A stretch of DNA of 64,000 nucleotides from an uncultured delta proteobacterium (lineage in GTDB: Bacteria > Desulfobacterota > Desulfuromonadia > Desulfuromonadales > JACZKF01): contig CAWFKQ010000016.1 in assembly GCA_963816395.1 (NCBI GenBank), forward strand, positions 384,001-448,000, given 5' to 3'. Made by a program: the position numbers and the translations under genes. The notes under the pieces were generated by a model. It saw nothing but the letters and a program-made list of their open reading frames with translations. It did no database searches and was not told where the DNA came from. Shown here one piece after another: positions 1 to 11,022 of the stretch. Position 1 is the first letter of the stretch, and every line of letters starts with the position of its first letter.

Positions 1-2047
1 CTGCCTGGGGATCACCCACGTCGATCCGCTGCGCCATAACCTCTTTTTCGAACGTTTCCTCAACGAGGGGCGGCTCGATCCGCCGGACATCGACATCGAC
101 TTCCCCTGGGACGAGCGTGACGCCGTGCTCGATTTCGCCTTCGCCCGCTACGGCGCGCGGCGCGCGGCGATGGTCGCCAACCAGGTGGGGTTCAAGGGGC
201 GGGCGGCGGTGCGCGAGGTGGCCAAGGTGTTCGGGATCCCCGCCGGCGAGATCAAGGCGGTCACCGAGCGCATCTCCGGCTACTGGAAGGCCGAGCAGAC
301 GGCGGCGGCGGTGACGGCGCACCCGCTCTTCCGCGGCGAGGCGCTGAATGCCGACTGGCGGGAGATCCTGCGGCTGGCCCGGCGGCTGAACGGCCAGCTG
401 CGCCATCTTTCCCTGCACTGCGGCGGGCTGGTGGTGGTCCCCGACGAGATCCGCCGCTACGTGCCGGTGGAGGTCTCGGCCAAGGGGCTGCCGGTGATCC
501 AGTGGGAGAAGGACCAGGCGGAAGCCGCCGGCCTGGTGAAGATCGATATCCTGGGCAACCGCTCCCTGGCGGTGATCCGCGATGCCCTGGCGGCGGTGCG
601 GGAAAATACCGGCCGGGAGATCGACTACGCCGCCTGGCGCCCCCTGGAGGACGCGGCGACCTGCGACCTGCTCCGCTCGGGGGAGACCATGGGCTGCTTC
701 TACATCGAGTCGCCGGCCACCCGCCAGCTGCTCAAGCGCATGTGGCTCGACAATCCCCGGGCGGCAGAATGCGACCTCTTCGAGCACCTGGTCATCGCCT
801 CCTCCATCATCCGCCCGGCGGCCAACGCCTTCATCCGCGAGTTCGTCGCCCGCATGCGCGGCAAGCCATGGCGGCCGCTGCATCCGCTGCTGCGCGAGGT
901 GCTCGACGAAAGCTACGGCCTGGCCGTCTACCAGGAACAGATCACGCAGATGGCCATGGCCCTGGCCGGCTTCTCCGCCTTCGAGGGGGACCAGCTGCGC
1001 AAGATCATCAGCAAGAAGCACAAGGAGAAGACGCTGGCCGACTACCGCCAGCGCTTCTTCGCCGGCGGGTCGCAAAGAGGGGTGGCACCGGCGGTGCTGG
1101 AGCAGGTCTGGGCGCAGATCCTCTCCTTCGCCGGCTACTCCTTCTGCAAGCCGCACTCGGCCTCCTATGCCCTGGTGAGCGCCAAGACGGCCTTCCTCAA
1201 GGCCAATTACCCGGCCGAGTTCATGGCGGCGGTGATCGCCAACCAGGGGGGCTACTACTCCCCCTTCGCCTACCTCTCCGAGGCCCGCCGGCTCGGCCTG
1301 CGGGTGCTGCCCCCCGACATCAACGAAAGCGCCTGGCCCTACACCGGCGGCGGCAGGAGCGTGCGCCTCGGCCTGATGCAGCTGCGCGGGCTCGCCCGCC
1401 AGGCGGCCGAGGCCCTGCTCGCCGAGCGCCGGCGCGGCGGCCCCTTCGCCGGTTTCCGCGACTTCCTGCGGCGCACGGCGCTCGACTCCGGCGGACGTCC
1501 GGCTGCTGGTCAAGGCCGGCGTGCTTCGACGCCCTGGAAGGGCGGGAGCGGCGCCCGGCCCTGCTCTGGGAGCTGCTGCAGGCGCGCCAGGAAGGGGAGG
1601 GCGGGCTGTTCGCCGAGCCGCCGGAACGGCTCCCGGCGCCCGCCGCCTACGACGACCGCACGGTGCTGCAGCAGGAGCTGGAGACCCTCGGCATGCTCGT
1701 CTCCTGCCATCCGCTGCACCTGCACCGCCGGCGGCTGGCCGCCCTGCGGCCGGTGCCGGCGGCGCAGCTCGGCAAGTGGGCCGGGCGCTACGTCACCGTC
1801 GTCGGCTGGTGGATCACGGCGAAGACGGTGCAGGACCGCGACGGCCGCCCCATGGAGTTCGTCAGCTTCGAGGACACCACCGCCCTCTTCGACGCCACCT
1901 TCTTCCCGGCGGCCTACGCCCGCTTCTGCCGCCGGCTGTCCCGGCTGCGCCCCTATCTGCTCAAGGGGAAGGTGGAGGAGGAATTCGGGGTGGCGACGCC
2001 TGACGGTGGAATGGGTCGGGTTTCTCGACGAGGGACTAACGGCCTGA
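1..2047 (+). CDS. dnaE: DNA polymerase III alpha subunit, DnaE2-like (5' truncated by window edge; compensating frameshifts near 1490 and 2000)
   Basis: Frame from position 2 reads LGITHVDPL..LFFERFLN..PPDIDIDF; also GLVKIDILG, GYSFCKPH and a C-terminal OB fold (MEFVSFEDTT, alternate frame) with no long C-terminal tail. Confidence 0.9.
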   Translation, partial: CLGITHVDPLRHNLFFERFLNEGRLDPPDIDIDFPWDERDAVLDFAFARYGARRAAMVANQVGFKGRAAVREVAKVFGIPAGEIKAVTERISGYWKAEQTAAAVTAHPLFRGEALNADWREILRLARRLNGQLRHLSLHCGGLVVVPDEIRRYVPVEVSAKGLPVIQWEKDQAEAAGLVKIDILGNRSLAVIRDALAAVRENTGREIDYAAWRPLEDAATCDLLRSGETMGCFYIESPATRQLLKRMWLDNPRAAECDLFEHLVIASSIIRPAANAFIREFVARMRGKPWRPLHPLLREVLDESYGLAVYQEQITQMAMALAGFSAFEGDQLRKIISKKHKEKTLADYRQRFFAGGSQRGVAPAVLEQVWAQILSFAGYSFCKPHSASYALVSAKTAFLKANYPAEFMAAVIANQGGYYSPFAYLSEARRLGLRVLPPDINESAWPYTGGGRSVRLGLMQLRGLARQAAEALLAERRRGGPFAGFRDFLRRTALDSGGRPAAGQGRRASTPWKGGSGARPCSGSCCRRARKGRAGCSPSRRNGSRRPPPTTTARCCSRSWRPSACSSPAIRCTCTAGGWPPCGRCRRRSSASGPGATSPSSAGGSRRRRCRTATAAPWSSSASRTPPPSSTPPSSRRPTPASAAGCPGCAPICSRGRWRRNSGWRRLTVEWVGFLDEGLTA

Positions 2048-2108
2048 GGAAAAACGCCCATCTGCGGCGTTGCCCTCATCCTTCGTCAACGACGTACCTT
2101 TCCCAGGT
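2039..2108. repeat. Possible truncated half copy of a dispersed deltaproteobacterial palindromic element
   Basis: AAAAACGCCCATCTGCGGCGTTGCCCTCATCCTTCGTCAACGACGTAC resembles, from memory only, the left arm of an intergenic palindrome of Geobacter-like genomes; no second copy in the window. Confidence 0.4.
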
Positions 2109-2129
2109 GGGAGAGGCAGTCTGGAAGGA

Positions 2130-3177
2130 TTAATGGCAGGCCTGGCCGGCGTGCTCTTCGGGGGAAAAGATGGCGATCCGGTTTCTGCCGGCGGCCTTGG
2201 CGCGATAGAGCGCCTGGTCGGCGTTGGTCAGCAGTTCCTGCGGCTTGGCGGCCCGGTGGGCATTGCGGGAGGAGAGGCCGGCACTGACGGTGATGCGGAT
2301 GGTCGCCGAGCCGAAATGGAAGGCGCTCTTCTCGGTTTCGCTGCGGATATGCTCCGCCGTGACCCGCGAGCCGGAAAGGTCGGTGTCGGGGAGCAGAATG
2401 GCGAATTCTTCCCCGCCATAACGGGCGACCACGTCCGTCTTCCTGACCGATCGGCGAATCAGCGAGGCAATTTCCTTGAGGATGAAATCGCCGCAGGGAT
2501 GCCCGTAGGTATCATTGATGCGCTTGAAGTCGATCGAGGTCGAGGAGAAGACAGGAGATATCCGATCCGCTGCGCAGGGAGAGCCGGAAATCGCGATAAA
2601 GGACGTGAAAGAAATAGCGGTGGTTGAACAGCCCGGTGAGTCCGTCCCGGATCGAGCGCTCCTTGAGGATTTTGTTCAGCCGCTGCAACTCTTTGGCGTA
2701 GGTGAACAGCTCCGCCTCCGCCCGGCGGCGCTCTTCCATTTCGGCCATCGCCTGGGTAAGCGCCTGGCGGTGGTTTTCGATGGCCTCGGTAAGGCTGGTG
2801 ACATCCTGGATGGCGAACATGGCGTGAAATTTCCCCTCCGTGGCCGCCGGCACGGCGGTGACGACCGTGTACTGGAAGCGCAGTTTGCCCCCGGGCAGGG
2901 CGGCGGGAATCACATACTTGTGCAGCTGGGAGGAAAAAACCGCCGGCGGCCCCCCCTTGAAGATCTCCTCGATGCGGCTGGCGTACTTGGCCGTTCCCAG
3001 GTGGGGAAAATGCTCGAGGATGCAGGTGCCGACGATCTTCTCCCGGGCGATCCCCGTCCACGACTCCAGGCAGCGGTTCCAGAAGAGCACCACCTGGTCC
3101 TGCCGGAGAATGAGATGGCCGATCGGCGAGTGATCGAGCAGGGCAAAACATTCTGCGGCGGTTTTGAAGGTATCCAT
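2130..3177 (-). CDS. PAS-domain diguanylate cyclase (frameshift near 2530)
   Basis: N-terminal PAS-like region, coiled coil, DGLTGLFNHR, FKRINDTYGHPCGD, RKTD I-site, RYGGEEF. Confidence 0.9.
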
Positions 3178-3189
3178 GGGATTGCGGTC

Positions 3190-3798
3190 TCAGCAGGGGG
3201 GGCAGAGACCCTCGATGGCGCAGAAGAGCGCATCGAAGGAGCCGAGCTCGAAGATCATGAAGATATTTCCCTCCACCTGCCGCTCCTGGACCCGAAAGCT
3301 GGTGCGGATCAGCAGCACCGTCAGGTCGCTGGCCGCATCTCCGAGTTTGAGCAGTTCTTCCAGCTTTCCCTCGAAATAGTTCGGCACGGAAAATTCAAAG
3401 GGCTTGGCCAGGATGTTGCCCAGCGTGCCGATCACCCCGTTGATGACGATGTTGCCGACCTCGTTCAGGGTGCCGGCCATGACCGCGTTCAGGCAGGGTG
3501 CTTCGGGGTCTTCGCCGGTGAGCGCCGCCACCAGCTCAATCGCGCTCTGCGGCGGGAAGACCAGGGCCGCGGTGCCGGTGAGGGTGCCGCGGAAATTGAG
3601 CTGGACACAGGAAATTTCGGTACCGGTGAAATCATGCAGACCGCTGTCCGGGTCTTCGGGATGGAACAAGGTGATCGAGGGGACATCGAGCAGGATATGG
3701 GAGTCGAGCATCTCATTGAGCGAAGCGGCGGCCTTGCCCACTCCCGTGTTGACGATCTCCTTCAGGGCATCCAGCTGCAGCTCGCTGGGGCGCTTCAT
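3190..3798 (-). CDS. cheC: CheC-family CheY-P phosphatase
   Basis: Two E-x-x-N motifs (DALKEIVNTG, GTLNEVGNIV); ATG at 3798 overlaps the upstream stop. Confidence 0.85.
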   Translation of the reverse strand: MKRPSELQLDALKEIVNTGVGKAAASLNEMLDSHILLDVPSITLFHPEDPDSGLHDFTGTEISCVQLNFRGTLTGTAALVFPPQSAIELVAALTGEDPEAPCLNAVMAGTLNEVGNIVINGVIGTLGNILAKPFEFSVPNYFEGKLEELLKLGDAASDLTVLLIRTSFRVQERQVEGNIFMIFELGSFDALFCAIEGLCPPC

Positions 3799-4172
3799 CG
3801 CACTTCCCCGCCGCCGGACCCCACGATATCGCCGATCATGGTCAGAAGTTGCTGCTTCTGCGGTGGTTTGTTGATAAAGCCGGCGGCTCCCAGGTTCAGG
3901 CACTGCTGCCGTTTGGTTTCCTGGATATCCGCCGTCAGCACGATCACCGGCAGGCGCAGGTTGTTTTCTCTCAGGGAGGTCAGGAAGCCGATTCCATCCA
4001 CTTCCGGCATCAGCAGGTCGGAGAGGATGCAGTCGGGTTTCTGAGCAATGGCTTTTTCCAGTCCCTCCCGGCCGTTTGCCGCTTCCATGGTTTCGTGCCC
4101 AGCCGCTTTCAGGATGTTGCAGACATTCAGGCGGGCGAACATCGAATCGTCAATCACCAGGATCCTTGCCAT
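3795..4172 (-). CDS. Single-domain response regulator (CheY-like)
   Basis: ILVIDDS, DLLMPEVDG, LTAD, FINKP receiver motifs. Confidence 0.9.
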   Translation of the reverse strand: MARILVIDDSMFARLNVCNILKAAGHETMEAANGREGLEKAIAQKPDCILSDLLMPEVDGIGFLTSLRENNLRLPVIVLTADIQETKRQQCLNLGAAGFINKPPQKQQLLTMIGDIVGSGGGEVR

Positions 4173-4477
4173 CGTCCCTCCAGCTCAAGAACAGACCCAG
4201 ACCAAAAGAATCATGCGTTATTTTGAAAACTATTATCGCAGTTACTACCAGTTCTTGGTTTTTAGGGTTTGTGTAATCTTAATCCGGTCCTTGATCTGCC
4301 GATTATAGAGTTTCAGTTTTGCTATTGCAATAAGCAAGGTGCCTAATCGGATTCTTCTGCAACCCTTTTGGGAATGCTTCCGTCTGGATGCGCTCCAGAC
4401 AAAGAAAGGCGCCCGCATCAGTACGGATGACGCGGACGCTTTTTGCAGCTTTATGCTCGGTCTCCTTTGGAGGGGAA

Positions 4478-5236
4478 CTATCTCGAGTAGAAGTTGAAAA
4501 ACTGCCTTGCGGTGCGGCCGCTGCTGGAGGCGCGCGCCAGGGCAAACAGGCGGGCCGCTTCGTGCAGAGCCTGCCGGTCGCCGGCGTAATCCGGGAAATA
4601 ACTGTCGATGATCTGCAGGTATTTTTCCATGTTCAGGGAGTAGAAGGAAATCCATAAACCGAACCGATCGGAGAGGGAAATTTTCTCTTCTACGGCATCC
4701 GAGTAGTGGATCTCATCATCGCTGACCCGAGTATCCAGGTTATCCTGCATGCTCTCCGGCAGCAGATGCCGGCGGTTGGAGGTGGCATAAAGCAGAACAT
4801 TATCCGGCCGCTGTTCTATGGAGCCTTCCAGGACGCTCTTCAGATGTTTGTAGGAGCTCTCGTTGACGTCGAAAGAGAGATCGTCGCAGAAGATGAGGAA
4901 GAACTGCGGCAGTTCCCTGATCCGATCGACGATTTCCGGCAGAAAGATCAGGTCGTCCTTATCCACTTCGATCAGACGCAGGCCCCGGCCGGTGTATTCG
5001 TTCAGCACCGCCTTGACCAGGGAAGATTTGCCGGTACCCCGGGCGCCCCACAGCAAAGCGTTATTGGCCGGTTTACGAGCCAGAAAGCGTTCGGTGTTGA
5101 GAATCAACTGCTCTTTTTGCGGCTCGATCCCCACCAGGTCCCGCAGCCGGATGGGATCGATGTTTCGAACCGGGCGTAGATGCTCTTTCCGCTGGCGCCA
5201 AATCGCCGCAAAGGTTACTTCCCAGTCGATATCCAT
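4478..5236 (-). CDS. AAA+ ATPase, DUF815 family
   Basis: Walker A GARGTGKSS, FCDDLSF, YATSNRRHL, LSDRFGL, SGRTARQF. Confidence 0.9.
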   Translation of the reverse strand: MDIDWEVTFAAIWRQRKEHLRPVRNIDPIRLRDLVGIEPQKEQLILNTERFLARKPANNALLWGARGTGKSSLVKAVLNEYTGRGLRLIEVDKDDLIFLPEIVDRIRELPQFFLIFCDDLSFDVNESSYKHLKSVLEGSIEQRPDNVLLYATSNRRHLLPESMQDNLDTRVSDDEIHYSDAVEEKISLSDRFGLWISFYSLNMEKYLQIIDSYFPDYAGDRQALHEAARLFALARASSSGRTARQFFNFYSR

Positions 5237-5267
5237 AGGCCAACTCCTTGGAATGCAGTAAAAAAAC

Positions 5268-5368
5268 AGTGAGATAGCAAGTAGTGAGACAGCGAGATAG
5301 TAATTCCTAAACCAGTGAGATAGTGAGATAGACAGTAATTCCAGTCAGAGTTTCCCAGCCTCACTACC
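5268..5368. repeat. Tandem octamer repeats (TAGTGAGA-like) with inverted copies
   Basis: AGTGAGATAG/AGTGAGACAG/AGCGAGATAG repeated; reverse-complement units at ~5360 and 5666-5690. Confidence 0.7.
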
Positions 5369-5697
5369 TTTGGCAATTGAATGATGGAATTGCAGTAAGG
5401 AGGGCAACCTGAATTCTTGATTTAATCTGGGTCGGCGTGAATCCGTCTGGAAATTCTATAGCATGGCCGGCCGTTTCGACAACTGGGAAATAATCGGTAG
5501 GTGGAATGCGTCGTCATCGAAGGCGGCGGAATCAGGCGTCTTCCTTGCTCGCGGCCGGTCCCGTCCCCTGCAGGCGGAAGACCAGGTGCAGCAGCTTGCG
5601 CACGCGGTCGGAAAAAACCTTTTCGGCGACATACCCCGCCGAGCCCGCCGTCGTAAAATGCGGTTTTCTCTATCTCACTACCTCACTGCTCTTGCCG

Positions 5698-6509
5698 TCA
5701 GCCGCCGGTGCGGAAGCCTGGATAAAGAAGCATCCCGCCGTCCATGAAGACGGTGGTGCCGGTCATGTAGTCGGCCTCGTCGGAGGCCAGCCAGACCGCT
5801 ACCCTGGCCACGTCCTCGGGGTCGCCGATGCGCCCGTAGGGGATCAGCCGACACATCTCGGCGGCGGCCTCCGGGGTCTCCCAGGCCGTTCGGTTGATGT
5901 CGGTCTTGATGGCGCCGGGTCCGAGGCTGTTGACCCGGATGCGGTAGGGCGCCAACTCCTGGGCGAGGCTCTTCATCAGCAGCATGATACCCCCCTTGGA
6001 GGTGGCGTAATTGGCATGCCCGGCCCAGGGGATCACCTCATGCACCGAACTGGTGAAGAGGATTTTGCCGGCTGCCCGCGAGCGCTCGGCGACCACGCCC
6101 CGGCGGCAGAACTCGCGGGCCGCCTCGCGGGCGCAGAGAAAGGCGCCGGTGAGGTTGACGTCCAGCACTTTTCGCCACTGCTTAAGGCTCATCTCCAGGA
6201 AGGGGGCGTCCATCTGGATGCCGGCGTTGCTGACCAGGATGTCGAGGGTGCCGAATTCCTTCAGGGCGGTCGCGAACATCGCCTGCACCTGCTCCTCCTG
6301 GCTGACATCGGCCCCGCAGCAGATGCGCCTTCCCCCCGGGAACGGATCTTCTCCACCATCTCCCGGGCCGAGGTGTCGTCCGAGTGGTAGTTGATGAGTA
6401 CGGCGGCGCCGGCCAGGGCCATCGCCTCGGCAATGGCCTTGCCGATGCCGGAACTGCCGCCGGTGACCAGGGCGGCCTGGCCGTCGAGAATTCTGCCGAT
6501 CGGCTTCAT
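5698..6509 (-). CDS. SDR oxidoreductase, glucose 1-dehydrogenase-like (frameshift near 6335)
   Basis: TGGSSGIG, SNAGIQ, YATSK catalytic motif, PGAIKTDIN, LYPGFRTGG. Confidence 0.9.
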
Positions 6510-6784
6510 GGCGTGTTTTTCCTGTTGTCGGACTGCCGGCTGGGACTGTTTGGAACTCCGGAGGGGGGGGCACCTACTGTCGGCCGGTCGTCGTGGCAAT
6601 CCCGGCAGCGGACCGGCTCTGCGGAGACTTCGTTCCGGCGCACCGCGGCTTTAGCCAGAACTGCCGGCGGCTCCATCTCCTGCGAAACGGCCCGGACGAA
6701 CAAGGGGGCGCCAATGAGCGTCACGCCCGCCAGGGCGAGAGCCAGTTCCCGCGTCAGCTGTTTCATCCAGGTTCGCCGGTCCAT
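6506..6784 (-). CDS. Small exported protein with twin-arginine-like signal and one CxxCH motif
   Basis: MDRRTWMK, hydrophobic stretch, CRDCH; stop overlaps SDR start (ATGA); TTGACA-16-TAACGT upstream on the minus strand (6797-6824). Confidence 0.6.
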   Translation of the reverse strand: MDRRTWMKQLTRELALALAGVTLIGAPLFVRAVSQEMEPPAVLAKAAVRRNEVSAEPVRCRDCHDDRPTVGAPPSGVPNSPSRQSDNRKNTP

Positions 6785-6866
6785 GATGGTCGTAATACGT
6801 TAGCAGTGGGCGCCGGGGTGTCAAGCTGGCGGGCCCACACCCGAAGGCGATGAAAAGCAAGGATTT

Positions 6867-6964
6867 CAACGCTAAGGCGCAAAGGGAAATGAAAGCCGCA
6901 AAGGGGCAAACAATTTTACGGATTTTCTCTGCGCCTGGGTTCTCAGCTTTGCGTCTTTGCGTTG
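6867..6964. repeat. ~100-bp palindromic element, CGCAAAG family (copy 1)
   Basis: CAACGCTAAGGCGCAAAG...CTTTGCGTCTTTGCGTTG; shares AAAGGGAAATGAAAGYCGCAAAGGG with the copy at 23750. Confidence 0.85.
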
Positions 6965-7031
6965 TCCGGTTTTCCCACGACTTAAGTCGAACTTTTTCAG
7001 GACAGAGATTGCGGAAAAGGGCCGCTCCGGA

Positions 7032-7897
7032 TTAATGTCTACCGGCCGGGCTTGCTCCGGCCCCGATCTGCTCCAGGAAGCGACGCCATGCCTCCCAGTA
7101 ATCGCCATCGCCGTACTCCAGGGTGTCGTTGTGGCCGGCTCCGGGGATGAGATGAAAGGTCTTCGGCTCGTTGGCCCTGGCGAATAGCCGGCGGGCCATT
7201 TCTGCCGGGACGATGGCGTCCCGATCGCCCTGAAAGATGAGAAGCGGCGGCGCAGGCGGCATATCTTCGCCACGGTGTCGTAGCGGGCGTCGAGCGCCCA
7301 GCCGAGAAGGTGATACAGCAGGGAATAGTGATGGCGCCCCATGGCGGCAACGGAGGGGAAGGGGGTCTCCAGGACCAGGCCGGCCGGCGGCGCTTCCAGG
7401 GCCAGCTGCACCGCCACCGCCGCTCCCAGGGAACGCCCGAAGTAGATCATCCGCGCCGGCTTCCACCCTGTTGCCTCAGCCAGGCGAGGGCGCCGCGGGC
7501 GTCGGCGTAGGTCCCTTCCTCGCCCGGCTCCCCGTCGCTGCGGCCGTATCCGCGATAGTCGAAGATGAAGACCGGGACCCCGAGCTCGCGGCGGAAGAGA
7601 GAGAGGTTCTCCACCCGGTGGGAGATGTTGCCGGCATTGCCATGGAAGAAGAGGATGAGCGGTCTTCCGGGCTTCCGGGGAGATACCAGCCATGCAGGAG
7701 CGCCCCGTCGGCGGCGGGGAAGCAGACCTCCTCGTAGGGAAGACCGGGGGCGGCCGGGGTGAGGGCAATTTTCCTTTCGGGGAAATAGAGAAAGGTCTGC
7801 TCAACATGGCCAGGGCGGTACCGGGCAGAAACATCCCAGCCGCCAGCAGCAAGAGGGGAAAGACCAGGGGCTCCCAGCGGTGCGGAAGCGGTCGCAT
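7032..7897 (-). CDS. Alpha/beta hydrolase (several frameshifts)
   Basis: FFHGNAGNI, FDYRGYG, GRSLG nucleophile elbow, QGDRD and GAGHND spread across frames. Confidence 0.85.
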
Positions 7898-7949
7898 GGA
7901 GAAATTATACCAGCGGCCAGCGGGAGCTTTCGGTTTCCGCCGCTCTCCA

Positions 7950-9397
7950 CTATTTGCGCCAGAAGGTGGGGAAGAACAGGACCAGGACGGTAAAGAGCTC
8001 CAGGCGGCCGAGGAGCATGCAGACGATCAGAACCGTCTTGCCGAAAGGGGCGACATGGGCATAATTGGCCACCGGGCCGACGGTGCCGAGACCGGGGCCG
8101 ATATTGCCCAGGGTGGCGATGACCGAGGCGCCGGCGGAGACCAGGTCCATGCCGGAGGCGGCCATAAGGAAGGAGGCGAGGACGAAGATGCCCATGTAGA
8201 GGGCGAAAAAGCCGAGGATCGACTGCATGACTTCCCGGTCGACCGGGGTGTCGCCCAGCTTGACCAGGCGCACCGCCCGGGGATGGATCAGGCGGTAGAG
8301 CTGGACCTGGGCGTGCTTGAAGAGGAGCAGGATGCGCGCGACCTTGATGCCGCCGCCGGTGGATCCGGCGCAGCCGCCGATGAACATCAGAAAGACCAGC
8401 AGGTACTGGGCAAGGACCGGCCAGAATCTCGTAGTCGGCGGTGCCGAAGCCGGTGGTGGTGAGGATCGAGGTGGTCTGGAAGGCGCTGTAGCGCAGGTTG
8501 TCGCGAGGGAAGAGTAGACTGTGCCCTGATTGACAGCACGATGAGCAGCGGTGGCGCCGACGGTCAGGGCCAGGTAGAAGACGAAACTCCTCGTTGCGGA
8601 AGATACTCGCGCATCCGGCCGCGCAGGGCATGGTAGTGGAGGGAGAAATTGACCCCGGCGAGAAACATGAAGAGGGTGATCACCCAGTCGATGTAGGCGC
8701 TGTCGTAGGCGCCCACCGAAGCGTTGCGGGTGGAGAAGCCGCCGGTGGCCAGGGTGGCGAAGGAGTGGCAGAGGGCTTCGAAGAAACTCATGCCGCCGAC
8801 CATCAGCAGGAGCGTCTCGGCGGCGGTGAGCAGCACGTAGACTCCCCAGAGCAGCTTGGCCGTGTCCTGGATGCGGGGTTTGAGGCGGTCGGCGGTCGGG
8901 CCGGGGACCTCGGCCTTGAAGAGCTGCATGCCGCCGACGCCGAGCATCGGCAGGATCGCCAGGGACAGGACGATGATCCCCATCCCGCCCAGCCAGTGGG
9001 TCAGGGCGCGCCAGAGCAGGATGCTCTGCGGCAGGATCTTCGATATCGGTCAGGATCGTGGCGCCGGTGGTGGTGAAGCCGCTCATGGTTTCGAAGAAGG
9101 CATCGAGAGGGGAGGGGATGGCGCCGGTGAAGAGGAAGGGGAGGGCGCCGAACAGGGCGTAGAGGGTCCAGCCGAAGGTGACGACGGCAAAGCCTTCGCG
9201 CACGGACAGCTCCTTGCGGCTGCGGCAGGACTTCAGGCAGCAGGCCGCCGACCACGGCCGCAGACGGCGGCGGCCAGGAGAAAGGCGCCGGCGGCGCCGT
9301 CGCTGAAATAGAGGGAGAAGGGGAGCGGGACCAGCAGGGCGGCGGCGAGAAAGAGGAGCAGGGCGCCCAGGATGCGCAGGGTGAGGACGATGTTCAT
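7950..9397 (-). CDS. trkH: Trk K+ uptake membrane protein TrkH (frameshifted)
   Basis: [44 protein letters not shown]. Confidence 0.92.
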
Positions 9398-9399
9398 GG

Positions 9400-10763
9400 C
9401 TAGCTCGAAGAACCTCTCGACCTTGGCCAGCGCTCCGGGAAGGGCGAAGACCACCACCCGGTCGCCCGCCTGCAGCCGGCTTGTCGCCGGTGGGAATTTC
9501 GTAAGCTGTCGTCGTGGACGATGGCGCCGATGATCGCGCCGGCGGGAAAGTGCAGATCCTTCAGCGGGATGTCGACGAATGCCGCTGCTTGCCTTGACCT
9601 GGATCTCAAGGACCTCGGCATTGCTCCCCTCGATGGTGGCCAGGGAGATGACCTCGCCGCGGCGCACGTACTTGAGGATGGCTGCCGGCCGCCGCCAGCC
9701 GCGGCGAGATGCAGGCATCGATGCCGAGGGTGGGGGCGAGGCTGAGCAATTCCGGCCTGTTGACCAGGGCCAGGGTGCGGCGGGCGCCGTGCTGGCGGCC
9801 GAGGAGGGAGCAGAGGATATTGGTTTCGTCATTGTCGGTGACGGCGATGAAGACATCGGCTTCCTCGACCCCCTCGTCGATCAGGGTGCGGATGTCGGTC
9901 CCTTCGGCGTGAATGACCATGGTGCGCTTCAATTTGGCCGAAAGCTGCCTCGCAGCGTTCTTCGTCCTGTTCCACCAGGCGCACGTCGAAGCGCCATCTT
10001 CTCCAGCTCGCCGGCGATGCGCAGGCCGATGCGGCCGCCGCCGAGGATGAAGGCGCGGGGCGGCTCCGCTGTTTCCGGGCTTCTTCCAGTTTGCAGCATG
10101 TACTGGATGGCCGGCAGGTCTTTCTGGTGGGCAAAGATGAAGATGCTGTCGCCGGCCTGGATGATGTCGTCGCCGCGGGGGATGATGGTCGTTTCGCCGC
10201 GGCTGATGGCGGTGACCACGAAGCGGTACATGCCGCGGAGTTCTCCCAGTTCCCGCAGGGTCAGGTCGCACAGGGGGCTTTCCGGGCCGATGCGGTAGCC
10301 GAGGAACTGGATCTGTCCCTCGACGAACTCGGCCACATCGAAGGCGCCGGAGCGGCAGGCGATCTTGACGATCTCCTCGGCGACGGCGTCCTCGGGGTTG
10401 ATGAGCAGGTCGATGCCGAGCTTTTCTTTGGACAGGACCGCGCCCTGGCCGGCGTATTCGATACTCTTGACCCGCGCTACCCGGGTCGCGACCTGGTATT
10501 CCCGGGCCAGCAGACAGGCGAGGATATTCACCTCGTCGAGGTCGGTGACGGCGATGAAGATATCGGCGTCCTTGATGCCCGCCTGCTCCAGGATTTCGGC
10601 GCTGGCGCCGTTGCCGATGAATGCCCATGACGTTGAGGCGGTCCTGGGCTCGGGCGAGGTGTTCCGGGTTGCGGTCGATCAGGGTGACTTCGTGCCCTTC
10701 CAGCGAGAGGCGCTCGCAGAGAAAATAGCCGACCTGGCCGGCGCCGACGATCAGGATGCGCAT
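9400..10763 (-). CDS. trkA: Trk K+ uptake NAD-binding subunit TrkA (frameshifted)
   Basis: Two RCK_N motifs (IVGAGQVG, ILGGGRIG), DETNIL motif, adjacent to trkH. Confidence 0.92.
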
Positions 10764-11022
10764 GGTATTCCCGTGGCCGTAAGGGGGTAAACATTCATGA
10801 AAATCGCATATTTCCGAAAAATCCGCAATGGAGAACAAATGGGTGCTTAGGAAAATAGCGGAAAATTTCTTTAAAGTTGAGAGGGGCAAGGAATGCGGGT
10901 GGTATCCGTCCGACATCCGCCGAAAAACTTGATCATTATTCGCGAATTGGATAAATTGAACTGTCTTATTCTATGGATTTACAGGAGGGTGGACGTGATT
11001 CGCACTTTAAGGGAACATACTG

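Noticed and set aside
2460..2530. Hypr GGDEF (3',3'-cGAMP synthase)
   Set aside because: The substrate-specifying position is the canonical Asp (GHPCGD), not Ser/Thr
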